From positions 122,142,001-122,206,000 of the forward strand of contig NC_058368.1 of the NCBI RefSeq assembly GCF_018350175.1: DNA of 64,000 bases, given 5' to 3'. The position numbers and the translations under genes are program-made. This DNA is from Felis catus (Eukaryota). Every line of letters starts with the position of its first letter. The first letter of the stretch is position 1. Positions 48,347 to 60,459 of this stretch are shown here, piece after piece. The notes below the pieces were generated by a model that was not told the origin of the DNA, did no database searches, and was given only the letters and a program-made list of their open reading frames with translations.

Positions 48347-49249
48347 CCTCAAACGTGGCTCTGATTTTTTTTCCACTTGAGTCTAATGGAACACCAGCAA
48401 GAACTTGCATGCTAAGTGATGCTTGAATTCATGGTTATCTGTTCCATTCTGAGTTCTGGGGTGTAAGTTAGAGTATCTCACTGAAGTTGTCCCTTCAAAC
48501 GACAGTGTTAATCAATGGTGCTACTTTTCTGAGTCCCCAAGTCTGCTGCTTAGTCTCAGCTTTTCAGAAGACTGTGACTCGATTTGCATAAGTTACAACT
48601 GTAAGTGGTGAGTATTTTTATTATCTGAAATCACACTAGAACTGCCGGGCCAAGAGATTGCAATCTCTTGTCACTGAACGTGGATGTATAGGAGAAGTGT
48701 ATGCAGAATATATAAAACCTTTTCTATTCTGATTTGCATTGCAAATAGAGAAGCTAACCAGAGGTCTCGAGGAAATAACATAAATAAAACATGGCTTCAC
48801 TACTGTAAATGCTCAATTCATGCCAGAGGAGGCCAAAGCTATTACAGAAGAATTGTTTCCATCTAAACAATTCCTGTCTCGGGAACTTCCCTTCGAAAGT
48901 GGCTGCCAATAGGATGGAGATTGGGTAGGTGGGGAGGGGTGGTCTAATTAGGCAGATTTGGCAAACACTCAGCAGAGAGAGCCTGAGAGGCTTTCTCTGG
49001 AAGTCCAAAGCATGGTTTGTGATCCTGTATCTTGTTCCATGGTGAACATCCTCACAACTGAAGGGGAAACAGAAGCCTGCTTTTCAACTCAGTTTGGGCC
49101 CCAAAGAAGAAAACAGAGGTCTCTGCATGGCCAGTGACCAAACAAAGCTCACTGCCTGAGGTTGAGAAAGAAACTCCAAGATGAGATGCAAAAAAGCCTT
49201 GATTAGGTTACAGAGAACATTCAGGGACTCTCAAAAACTGAACTTCTAC

Positions 49250-49783
49250 TCTAGTGGGCATTTGTTATGTTTCTACTCAGCACTGAGTTCCTCTTCTTGT
49301 GACTATGATACCCCAATTCTCCTTTGGGGTATATGTCTTCTGTGCCCATATGCTTCATGACTACTGCATGACTTCCAAAGGAGAAGTATGTGACTAAGGC
49401 TAAATAATTGTGCATTCCACCCTCTGGTGATTGAGTTAAGGAGGGCAGAGACCAGCATATGACTCAAATCTGATCAATCAGCGTCAGTGAAATTTATGTC
49501 TTCAGGTTTTCTTGAACTGTTGGAGAAGTGGACTCTCTTAGCTGGTGAGTTTGGTACTTTGAGCAGGAGATGACTATGTTTTGGAGCCACAGCCAGGAAT
49601 GGAACTAAGAGGCAGAAGCAGGTTGAGAGACCATAAGAAAATCACTAGATGCTTAAGCACATGGTTTGAAGTCTTATACCCTTGCGCTCAAGGCCAGCCC
49701 TATCCTGTGACTCTGTTTAATGAGGCAAGACAGTCTCTTGTTGCTTAAGTCAGTTTGAATCACACTTTCTGTAAGAGTTCTAA
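49250..49783 (+). mobile_element. Old MaLR LTR (MLT1K/L-like)
   Basis: CCCCAATTCTCCTTTGGGG, ATGTGACTAAGGCTAA, TGCTTAAGTCAGTTTGAAT. Confidence 0.65.
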
Positions 49784-49789
49784 TGGCTA

Positions 49790-50470
49790 TGCACACCTTT
49801 GCTGTTTTATCTGCCAATAGTGCCCTTCCACATCTCACCATTTACCACTGCCTTCTCTGGATCCACCATAAATATACTCAGCCTGTCCACATACACCATG
49901 CATTCTCATGCATTCATCCCTTTGGCCACATTCCACTAATGATCTTTCATGGTTCAACCCAAGTCACCTCTATGAAGTCCTCCTCACTATGTTTCCCCTA
50001 CTCACCTCAAGGCAGAAATGAAACCTTCTTGAGTTTTTATTGAGTTTTATTTTTATAAACAATTTCCCTTCCTCTATAGAACTTTAATATATTATGATAC
50101 TATGTTCTGACATTGTCCGCCTCTCCCATGAGGCTGTGAGTTCCTTAGGATCAGGAACCATGCTTTATACATCATTCAGAGTAAGAAGCACCATTAGGCT
50201 CAGAAACTGTGTTTGGATTCAGATGGTGTTCAGACACTGTTTCCATTATCTCCTATGGTGTGTGACTTAAGTGTATTACCTACCCTCTCTGTGCCTCACC
50301 TCATCTGTAAAATTAAGGACAAAAGTAATTCCTATATCCCAGTTGCTGTGAGGATGAAATGAATTAATCTGTCATGGCAACTTTTCAATAAATGTTAGCT
50401 ATTATTATTCTGTTTCTAGTGTCTAATAGTACCTGGCATAAAATAGGTACTCAGAAACATAAATCCAACT
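49790..50470 (+). mobile_element. L2 relic with an embedded MIR (~50190-50410)
   Basis: GGCTGTGAGTTCCTTAGGATCAGGAACCATG (L2); CTCTCTGTGCCTCA..CTCATCTGTAAAAT (MIR). Confidence 0.7.
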
Positions 50471-50609
50471 GTGAGAAGAAGGCTTACACTATGTAGAAAA
50501 GAAAAGGTAAAAAGTCATTGAATCCTTATAACTTTATTTTCTTAAACCCATATGTCCCTGTAAGAAATCATGAGACATTAAAAAAATTAAAGAAAAGGTT
50601 TTGAGATCT

Positions 50610-50820
50610 GCTCATATTGTTCATTTGGTGCAAAAACATCTATTGAGAGAATTATGCTAGGCTCTGGGAATCCAAATTGATTAACATATCATTCTTGCCT
50701 TTAAGGAGCTCAGGGCTTAGCAGATGAATTTGAAAGGTAAATACGTCATTATAATTAAGTGAATGTGTAATAAGAGAAGTATGTATACATACCATGGGGG
50801 ACAGAGAGTGATGTGTCCCA
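50610..50820 (-). mobile_element. L2 relic
   Basis: TATTGAG..TTATGCTAGGCTCTGGGAAT...TTCTTGCCTTTAAGGAGCTCA. Confidence 0.65.
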
Positions 50821-51199
50821 CAATGGCTGCACATAAGAATTGTCTAAGGAGTTTACTAAAGACACAGTATCTCAGGCCTTATCCCTGAAACTTCTGAAAT
50901 ACCAAGTTGGGGGTTATGTATCTCCATTTGTAATAGATCTCCATGGGTGAATCCTGGAATAGAAGATAGGACGGTCATCTTTGCCTGGCTAGGTCTGGAA
51001 GACTGCATGGTAGAGGTGATGCATGTACTGGATTCTCACAGATTAGGGTTTGTTAATCTTTGACAGGAGCAGGACAACTGTGCTCGGAGAACAGCTTACC
51101 TGGTGCTGCTGTCAAAGAGAGAACTCAGGGCCTGACATTTGTTCCACTGATTCTCAAGTATGTGATCATTTTTTTTTTTACTTTGAATATAGCGATCTG

Positions 51200-51350
51200 A
51201 ACCTGGCTATAGAGTACATAAGTCACCTAGAAAGCCTTTGAAAAAGAGATATTTGGGGACCATCCCCAGTTCAGATTGAATTGGTCTGCAGTGATGCCAA
51301 GAATTGGTACTTTTTAAAAGCTCCCGGGTGGTAGTAAATGTGCAATTAAA
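51200..51350. mobile_element. MER5-like hAT MITE
   Basis: AGTCACCTAG...TTTTTAAAAGCTCCCGGGTG..AATGTGCA. Confidence 0.6.
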
Positions 51351-51879
51351 GAATTGCCATTTAGGCAGTCCACAGTGTCCCTAGGAGGGCTCTAAGTACT
51401 GGGTAAAGCATCAGAGATGTGTGTACTCCTGTACGGATCAGGAATGTACCTCACAGATGCCAAGAGACACCAGCCTTCTTGCTTGAAGATATGTCAAGAG
51501 GGTGCCCAAAGTTATGCCATATTTCATATGTTTACAACTAACCAATTAATGCTTTTAGTGCAACACAGCTTACTACACAGGTGTGCCATGTACCTGGTAA
51601 GTAACAGGTACATAACAAATATTTTATTCTCAGTGCCCAAATATTTAGGTGGTATTGGATGCAACATTAAGAGTGTGACTACTGTCATTTGTCATTCCTG
51701 GCACTCTAGTTCTATGATAGCATACAATCTCATGTAGCAATAAGGTCGACCATGTAAATTTGATATTCTTCATGATTGTGAGGCCCAGGCAAATGGCCCT
51801 CTTTCTGGAGTTTCCACTTAGCAGCTTGGCAGTCCTTCAAATTTACTTTTGGAGATAAACTCCAGATTTAAATAACACA

Positions 51880-52082
51880 CTTTTTGAAAGTTTATTTATT
51901 TATTTTGAGAGAGAGAGAGAGAGAGAGAGAACAGAAAGAGAGGGAGGAGAATGAGACTATTAAGCAGACTCTCAGCTGCCAGCGCAAAGACTGACATGGG
52001 GCTCAATCTCATGAACCATGAGGTCATGACCTGAGCTGAAATCAAGAGTCAGATGCTTAACCAACAGCCACCTGGGCACCCC
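51880..52082 (-). mobile_element. CanSINE
   Basis: TSD TAAATAACACA at 51869-51879 and 52083-52093. Confidence 0.94.
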
Positions 52083-52489
52083 TAAATAACACATTATTTC
52101 TGAGTGCAGGACGCTGGAACCTCTATTTTTTTAAAATAGAGGTGGTGACTTGATACAGCTGGTCCACCCCAGTGTTTTAGAGTCACTGAAATTTATCATC
52201 TTTAGCACTTCCTAATTCTGAAGTTCTACAGATGAAATTCTGCCTACCTGAACAATCTGAAAATATTATGATCTTCATTATCTTCCCAAAGGAGGAAGTG
52301 ATTAACTCTGTCTTGATGTACTGCCCTTTTGATTTGACTTTTTAGCCTTATTTTGGGTGGATACATTTTCTGTAATAATCATTTGTCATTATGAATCAGG
52401 TAAACAATACCATAAAGTGCTTGCAGTGACTTTTTTTCTGCATCCATTCACTCATTCATTTGACTGGTAATATCATCCTCCACCATTGT

Positions 52490-52800
52490 CTATGATCTTA
52501 GCGAAACTGTCAGTCAGGATGCCCTGCCTCTGATCCAAGCTAAGATAATCAGGTTTTCTCTCTTAAGACTTTGGACCTTGAGCTGAGAAATGCAAGGACA
52601 AGAAAAAAATGAGGTTGGGGCCGATTCATTCTGATTCCAGATGACAGAGATATCTAGACATCCCGAGCTGCCCTGATTCCTGCCCTTGCTGAGCCAGACC
52701 TCCCATTTGCTGAGCTACCCAGGTTCAGCCAACAATGTCTTGTTTTGCTAAAGTTAGCCAGAGTTGGTTTCCCTTGCTTGCAAATGAAGAGCTCTGTAGG
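52490..52800 (+). mobile_element. Old MaLR-type LTR fragment
   Basis: TTGCTAAAGTTAGCCAGAGTTGGTTTCCCTTGCTTGCAA 3' end. Confidence 0.55.
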
Positions 52801-53316
52801 GTACAATGTTATAAGTAGTCTGTGTTGTCTGGACTAGTAGTAAATTATGGCCAGGGCAGGAGGGAGTGTGAGGGAATGAGATTATGTGACTAACCTTGGC
52901 TGTTATGTGTGTGAGTCACATTATTTAGAAAATGGCCGACCTGAATTGTTATACACTTGAGACACAATGATAGCAAATGAATAGGAACCAGAAGATAATA
53001 AGTGAAAGGGATGGGGGGACTATAATCACAGTAAGTTTGGGGGATACAGACACAAAGATTTAAAAATAGCCATACCTGAATTTAACAGGTAAAATGTATA
53101 AAAAAAAAAAAAACCCACACCATTTAAAAGCCCTTGCTTCACAAGCCAAAAGCCAAATGACTGATGCCAAATCACATGCCTCACCACTGAGCAAAACACA
53201 TCAGTGTGTTGTAACTTAGAAAACAAAATGAGAAATGCTCATGAATCCGCATCTGAATAAAAGTACTGATTACGACTAAATCCACAGGATTGGCTTCTGA
53301 TAAAGTGTTTACTTCC

Positions 53317-53528
53317 GGGGCGCCTGGGTGGCACAGTCGGTTAAGCGTCCGACTTCAGCCAGGTCACGATCTCGCGGTCTGTGAGTTGGAGCCCCGCGTC
53401 AGGCTCTGGGCTGATGGCTCAGAGCCTGGAGCCTGTTTCCGATTCTGTGTCTCCCTCTCTCTCTGCCCCTCCCCCGTTCATGCTCTGTCTCTCTGTCCCA
53501 AAAATAAATAAACGTTGAAAAAAAAAAT
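53317..53528 (+). mobile_element. Young CanSINE (Felis-type subfamily)
   Basis: Nearly identical to the copy at 10382; perfect TSD TAAAGTGTTTACTTCC at 53301-53316 and 53529-53544. Confidence 0.98.
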
Positions 53529-54881
53529 TAAAGTGTTTACTTCCTTCATTAACCTGACCTATAGCTGTTACATTAAAAATACACACACATACACTTACAC
53601 ACTTATATTTGCAATTTATAATAGGTCTAAAAGACAATACACTAAGTCATTTGCAAAAATGTTACCAAGGCTTCCGAGTATATAGTTTTATCATCCAGAG
53701 AACAATGGAAACAGCCAGCTGTCAGCATGGAGTTCAACTGGGTTGCCACATCTGATCATGGAACAAGAATTTTACTTTGAACTGAGGGGAACTTCCCATT
53801 ATTTAGATGGAGAGAGGCAAAAATGAATTCAAAAGTGTTATCCGAGCTGGTCAAATACTTGTCATATAAATAATGAAATGAAATTCAGTGATACAAAACT
53901 GAATTTGATTAAGTGACAGAAGGAAATGAATCCCACTAGTGAAGAAGTGAATATGGTATAATGGCCACCATTTATGGAGCACTTAGCCTGTGAGCTCCAT
54001 TGCAGTGAGCTCCAATAATTTTACAATAATCTTATTAATTAGTTACTATTCCCACTGAACTCTTAAAAAGAGACTTAAAAGACAATAGTTACCACATGCA
54101 ACAATAGCGTCCAATGACAAATTTCTATGTAAGAATGCACACATCTAAAAACAAATGTGGGTATTTCAAGAAGACTTTCAAAGCCAGAAAGCAGGTAGAT
54201 ATGTTACAAGAGAATTGAAGAAGCTTTGTTAAATAGCATCAACCAGTAATAATGGACTAGTCATTATATATTATATATATTATTATACACACATATATAA
54301 TACGTATATATACATACACATACATAATAGACTCCATTATTTCTAAATTGGAGTATGAATGCTCTACTGATTGCTATCTGAGGTTGATCAGAATATGTGT
54401 GTATGTGTAATTTTCTTTTCCCTATAAATACCATGCTATATAAGCATGTCTTGAAGATGAAAAGATAACATAATTTAGTTTTACCAAGAGGGACTTTTTT
54501 TTCAACTTAGGGAGCATGGGGTCAATTTCTCTCCATACTTGGAACTACTTACTCCTTCTAGAAGGCAATTTTCCTTTTTAATTCTCTAGGACCCCTGAGT
54601 ATATTAGGACCCTCTAGTAAAGATACTGCCCTGCTAAGGTGGAATAATCACTGTTGAAATGATGCCTGGGCCAGTTTTTAAGATAGTAGATCATTTGTAC
54701 CTCTGGAAAATTAAAGAGAATTCATAGCTGCAGGAAAATACATGCACCAAATGCACACCCATGTACACAGATTGAGGATATGGTGGTGATGGAATTACTG
54801 AGTATTTCCTTTACACACTCAGCTCTTCCCAAGGAGGCCTATTTTCTGATCAGTAAAATAAACCAGTACATTTCCGTTGTG

Positions 54882-55390
54882 CAGTGGTTCCCAAACTTCA
54901 CTATTAGAATAAAAATAGGCAGCATTTCTTCAGTTGCTTACTATATACCAAGACCATGATAAATACCTTATCTCCCAATAGCCCTGCCAAATAGTTATTT
55001 CCCTCCTTCACTGATGAGGCAACATACCCAGTCAGGTGGGACTGTTTGGCTGTTAATGCATCTAGAGAGGGGCAAACCACAACTGAAACCTAGGCAGTCT
55101 TCACCAAGAGCTCATACTCTTACTCATTAAGCTAAAATATAATATACTAGGGTTGAAGTGTAGGAATGGAAATAATTACAACCTCCAAGGTGATTCTAAT
55201 GCATCCACCTCAACGTGAATCCAAAAATCCACTGTTAAGTCTTTAATGTGAACATAAATCACCCAGAGATCTTATTAAATAGCAGAAACCTATTCAGTAG
55301 CTCTGCATTTGAGCCCAACTGTCTGCATGTCTAACAAGCACCAGGTGACACCAATGTTACTGGTACTGAGGTCACATTTTGAGCAGCAAG
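54882..55390. mobile_element. MER5-like MITE pieces flanking a MIR (~54915-55140)
   Basis: CAGTGGTTCCCAAACTT TIR; GGTGATTCTAATGCA; CTGCATGTCTAACAAGCACCAGGTGA. Confidence 0.65.
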
Positions 55391-56509
55391 TCACTAGAGC
55401 AAATCATTCAGTTATACAATGCTTTAAATTGTCCCCTAAGTTCTTTGTTTCCAGATACATATAAGCACCTTACCTATAAGTATCTTGCAGAGTATCTCCA
55501 ACCCATAGTAGTGTTAGATCTATGGAAATAAAGTCATGCAATGAACGCTTGTTGAATAATTCTTGAGAGAAATATTCTCTTTTAAAACAATGTGAGATGA
55601 ATTGGATCAAAGGAGTCTGCTCTCAGAGTGCAGGTACTCTGATTTATTCTACATGGACGAGGTTATGGGTTCCGTCCCTGTATCTTGTCACTTGACAGGT
55701 TCTAATTGACAAGAGTCAAACTTCTCAGGAGTCCTGGGAAAATGGGCTCTAAAGAGGCATCCACAAAGTCATTAGATCTCAGTATAAAGGCAAATGGCAT
55801 GTGTTTTTCAGGATTTACAAAAAGACTTTAACTTGAATTAAACCAATTCTCTGGCATTAAAATTCCATATGTTCGTTGTTCAAAACTACTCCTATTTATT
55901 ATTACAAGGTCCATGCACAATTTTGTGTCCTGTACAATCAAATCCCATGAATGGAAAACCTCTGCCTGAATTCTTGACTTGCACTCTTCATTCTCCTATC
56001 TGATCCACAACTATGTGGAGCTGTCATCACAGAAAACTAATTGCCCTGGTCACTCCCCAAAGAGCTTGCTCATGATTTTATCAACCTGCATTTGACCAAA
56101 CATTAGTCTTTTGATCTTGGAAAGAAAAATATGTCCAACTCAGTCAGCCAGCTTTTAAAATAACCCAGGATATTGTCATCATGCTTTTTTTAAAAAAATT
56201 TAATAACCACTTCAAATTCAGACTGCCCTCCATTCCTCTCATTAACTCCCCCAATGCCAAACACACACCAGTTCATAGACTTGAGAGTTAACCTCTTCCA
56301 AAAAAAAAAAATACAGCCATGTATGTATACACCCTATAATTTCTAATACATTTTGGGACTCAACTATTTCTTACTGGGAAGACGTGAATAGCCAAGGCAT
56401 TCTTCAAATGGAACTCAATGCCCAAAATCTCACTGACTGCAGTTAAATACGTGTCTTGCTCTCCAGAGAACTAAGCTTCAAAATGCAGAGGAATTAAGCT
56501 GCTCCAGGT

Positions 56510-56900
56510 AAGTCTTATTTAGAAATGCAGCTTTTGAGATTCTGTACCCAGCAATCCTGATTCAGGAAATGAGGAGTCAGGCTCAGGAATCTCCATTTCC
56601 ATAAACCTCTGAGGCGGTCTTGCTCTAGAGGCTCAGGGTTTAGAATCGGAGCCAGTCAAGCAAACAAATAATTGCAATCTAGCATGATGAATTCAAAGCC
56701 AGGAGTGTGTACCATGTATGGTACTATCAGGGAAGAAGGGCAGAATAAGACTTTTACTCAGTCCAGAGGACGGAAGGCTGTTAGAGATGGTTTCCTCAAA
56801 GAGTGTGTTTAACTCGAGTATTGAGAGAGAAGTTCATCAGATTCTGGTTGATGGGATATAAGCAAATAAACACATCTTCTGAGGCATGATTATTGAAGAT
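56510..56900. mobile_element. MER5-like fragment followed by an L2 relic
   Basis: TAGAAATGCAG..ATCCTGATTCAG..GCTCAGGAATCT; GTTAGAGATGGTTTCCTCAAAGAG. Confidence 0.5.
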
Positions 56901-57809
56901 AAAGTTAGGGAGCAATGGGAGAATGGAGAGGCAGTTGGGATACAACATTATGTAAGTTACATGTAAGTTATATGCTATTAAACCTTGGGAGCATCAATCA
57001 CCTTACCGTCATAACAATTTTGTATATTTATTGCAATAATTTCTCTCTCATATGGAAAGAAAATTTCTTCAAGAAAGGATACCTGTTTCTAATTTGTGCC
57101 AAGACCAGTGGGTTGGTGGTGGGATTAGAGAAGAGGAAATTCAAGACCAAATTCTTTCTTCCCTAGTTTTCATCTCATAGACACACTTACCACTTGAGAA
57201 AGAAACAGGGAATCCTGGAGGGAAGGCTACAATTACATCCCACTGTGTTGATTGAATGTCAAAGGCTATGCACTTGCTCAAAATGTAAAGGGATCTTTGG
57301 GCTGGGAAAAAGAATCAAACAACTGGAGAAGTAGGAAAAGTTGACCTGGGAAACAATCATCACCCATCATAGTTACTGTTTTTCTTTTTCCAAATGTTGG
57401 TGCCAAGACATTAATCAAATAACCAATAACCATAACTCTTCAGATAGGATACCAAGCAGCTGTAGTCACAGATCTACTAAGGGCTTCACCATTTCAAACT
57501 CCAGACACACCATCTATAAAGAGCACACTCTTCACTTCCCATGAGAACCCTCAGGATGCACTGTCTCTAGCCCTTCTCTGTGTCTTTACCAGCCCTCTAC
57601 TCAGTTGACCTGAGTCTTCATATTCATTCCAAATACTTCAATCCTAGAGAGATGTTTTGAATTCATTTTTGAAGGGAATTGATCTGTCTACATGAACACT
57701 CTCTTCAGGTATGACATATTTTCCTTCTAAGGAGAGATAAGGAAACTACAGGGACAGTGTTGGCCATCTTCTATAACCAACCTTATTATTTATCGTAACT
57801 ATTAAAAGT

Positions 57810-58290
57810 AACATTTAATTACCACTTTCCATGTGCTCATCAATCTTTATATCATGATTTTCACTTAATCCTCACAAGAATTCCCTGATATATCCATTAT
57901 TCAAGAGAGCACCATTTATTTTATTTTTTAAAGTTTATTTATTGATTTATTTGGAGAGGGGAGGGGAGAGGGAGAGCAGGGGAGGAGCAGAGGTGAGAGG
58001 GACGAAGAGAATCCCAAGCAGGCTCCATGCTGTCAGTGCAGAGCTTGACAAGGGCCTCCATCCCATGACTGTGAGATCATGATTCGAGTCGAAATCAAGA
58101 GTCAGATGTTCAACCGACTGAGCCACTCAGGCACCCCAAGAGAACACCATATAGAGAAGAGAACACCGTGGTTCAGAGAGGTTGAGTAATGTATCCTGAA
58201 TCACATGTTAATAAATAACAGAGCTAGTATACAAACTCGGCATTGTCTACCTCCAAAGGCCATAGTCTTAATCAGTATGTTATACTGTCT
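57810..58290 (-). mobile_element. MIR relic interrupted by a SINE
   Basis: CACTTAATCCTCACAA ... GGTTCAGAGAGGTTGAGTAA. Confidence 0.75.
57916..58137 (-). mobile_element. CanSINE
   Basis: TSD AAGAGA(G/A)CACCAT at 57903-57915 and 58138-58150. Confidence 0.94.
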
Positions 58291-58329
58291 CTATCCCTTC
58301 TGCTTCAGATAACAAGCTTTATCATCATA

Positions 58330-58520
58330 GTACTTAACCTTTTGTGAGCTAAGTTCTTTCTATGTCCTAGCTCATCTAAACCTCACAGCAACCTTGTGCA
58401 GTGGGTTCTATCACTCACAGTTCAGAGATGAGAAAACTAAGGCACAGAGAAATTAAACTATATGCCCAAGATTGTCTAGTTAGTAAGCAGTTGGTTGTGG
58501 GATCCAAATCATTCAAAATA
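58330..58520 (-). mobile_element. MIR relic
   Basis: CAGATGAGAAAACTAAGGCACAGAGAAATTAA. Confidence 0.8.
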
Positions 58521-58799
58521 GTTGTTGAGATGTTGTTTAAAACTGCCTCCAATTCTGTATTATGTTCTTACATAGCAGTCTCAATACAACTAAATCCAAC
58601 ATTTTCAAGGTGTTTTAACAACATCTAGGAAAATACACTGACTAATCCAGGTTTATGTTTCAATTCAAAGGGAGAGTGCAGTAGAAACCTAGAAATTCTA
58701 AGATCTTTGTCTTCAGAGGTAGTCATTGAAAACTAAATAGAATTTTGTAATAAATGCTCAGAGCCTGTCTGCCAAGCATGTTTTGTTGGCATTAACTTC

Positions 58800-59605
58800 T
58801 TCATCCAATTGTTCAGTGATTAACATATATTTACTGAGTGCCTAATGTTTCTGGGACTGGGGAATTAAAGTGGGTTGAGACCTGATCCAGACTTGAAGAA
58901 GCCTACGGTTTCATGGAGGAGATTCAGAAGAAAGGCAGTGATTATAGTACAGAGTGTCAAGTACTACAATGGATTAGGAACTTCACAGACATAGGATCTC
59001 TGCCTTAATTTGCTTTATCTCCACCCTCTACCTAGCCCACTGCCTAGCAGAGAGCAAGAACATGAAATACTTATTAATGCATGTGTGAAAGAATAGATGT
59101 AGCAAGGTGATGCTGAGGCTACAGGTATGGGATAGGAGCTAAGTCAGCCAGGGGTGGGGCAGAGACAACAAAGGAAAGGCTTCTGGATCCTTGAAGGTGG
59201 TGTTTGAGCTGGGTATTGAAAGGTGAAGAATTAGCAGGAGTGAGCCAGGCAAGGGAAGGTGTTGGAGACACAGGGATTGGAGGAACTAAAAAATGGACAA
59301 GAGCATTGAGAGTGAGTGGTGATGCTGATGGCAAGTTCTGTAAAACGCTTTCTAGTTTGGTCTGAGGGACACACAGAAATATGAACCAGTTGACATAATA
59401 AGGAAGAACGAGGAAGACTAGAGCAGAGAAGGGAGGCAACAATAAGAGACAGACCTCAAGAGGTCAAAAGGAGGAGCCAGATCATGTTCCCCAGGCTAAG
59501 GATTTCCAACCTGACTCTGAAAACCATGGCAGAGTCATTGATAGGTTTTAAGTAGGGAAATGTCATGACCAATTTTAGTTGATTATAAAATGTTAAGCTC
59601 TCTTT
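58800..59605 (-). mobile_element. L2 relic
   Basis: ATATTTACTGAGTGCCTA, GGTGGTGTTTGAGCTGGGTATTGAAAG, GTCATTGATAGGTTTTAAGTAGGG. Confidence 0.8.
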
Positions 59606-59860
59606 CCTTACCCTCCAAAGGGATGGCGTTGTTACATAATAATACAGACATTTGTGTCTGGACTTCATGAGTAGTAGTCATCCAACCACCAGCTCAGTTC
59701 TTAATCTGCCTCTGAGGTTATCCTTAGTTTCCCTTGGTCCTACTTAAAGTAGCCACGATAGTCCCAAGCCCTTTTTCTGCTACAAAGGGCATTCCACCCA
59801 TCAGATACTAACTCATTCCATACCTATAAAAGCTACTGGGAGAAAAGACAGGCACATGCT

Positions 59861-59931
59861 CTTTTATTTTTTTTTAATTTTTTAAAAATTTATTTGAGAG
59901 AAAGAGAGTGCTGAGGAGAGGGGCAGAGGGA

Positions 59932-59985
<54 letters not shown>

Positions 59986-60112
59986 ATCTCAAGGAGGCTC
60001 CAAGCTCATTGCGGAGCCTGATGCAGGGCTCGAACCCACAACCCTGGGATCACAACCTGAGTCAAAATCAAGAGTCTGATGCTCCACTTGACTGAGCCAC
60101 CCTGGTGTCCCC
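59861..60112 (-). mobile_element. CanSINE with expanded (GA)n at 59936-59981
   Basis: SINE body; TSD AGGCACA(T/A)GCT at 59850-59860 and 60114-60124. Confidence 0.94.
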
Positions 60113-60459
60113 AAGGCACAAGCTGTCTTAAACGAAAATCACCCAGAATCTGAGCAGACAGAAGAGAGAGGCATAGCAATTAGAATGGAAAGCCACCAGA
60201 CCTAAATGGAAATGGACCAAGTAGCACAGACAAATCTAAACAAATCAGACTCAGAGCTCAGGTCAGCATCTTTCAAGCATGGCATCAGTCCTAAATCCCA
60301 GGTGACAGGCTTTCACATGTTTGTGGAGGATATGTAGTAACTTTCTCAAGCTAGTAAAATGACAGGTTTTATCTCCAACACGTTGAAACTGCAAGCCCTT
60401 TCTCATCATGCGTAGTACCACACCCCGCATATTTTCTCCCATACTTTATCCTATTTTCT

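Noticed and set aside
51100..51108. Minus-strand 9-nt microexon-like AG|CAGCACCAG|GTAAGC (similar cases at 57191-57214 and 29477-29501)
   Set aside because: Such short AG/GT pairs are expected by chance in 64 kb, and no upstream TGC enhancer or other support is visible.
51588..51613. 9-bp hairpin ATGTACCTG/CAGGTACAT enclosing GTAAGT
   Set aside because: Short stem expected by chance; no matching acceptor found.
56467..56507. Plus-strand 41-nt exon-like segment with CAG|GTAAGT
   Set aside because: Short pyrimidine tract, abuts a MER5-like relic, no independent support.
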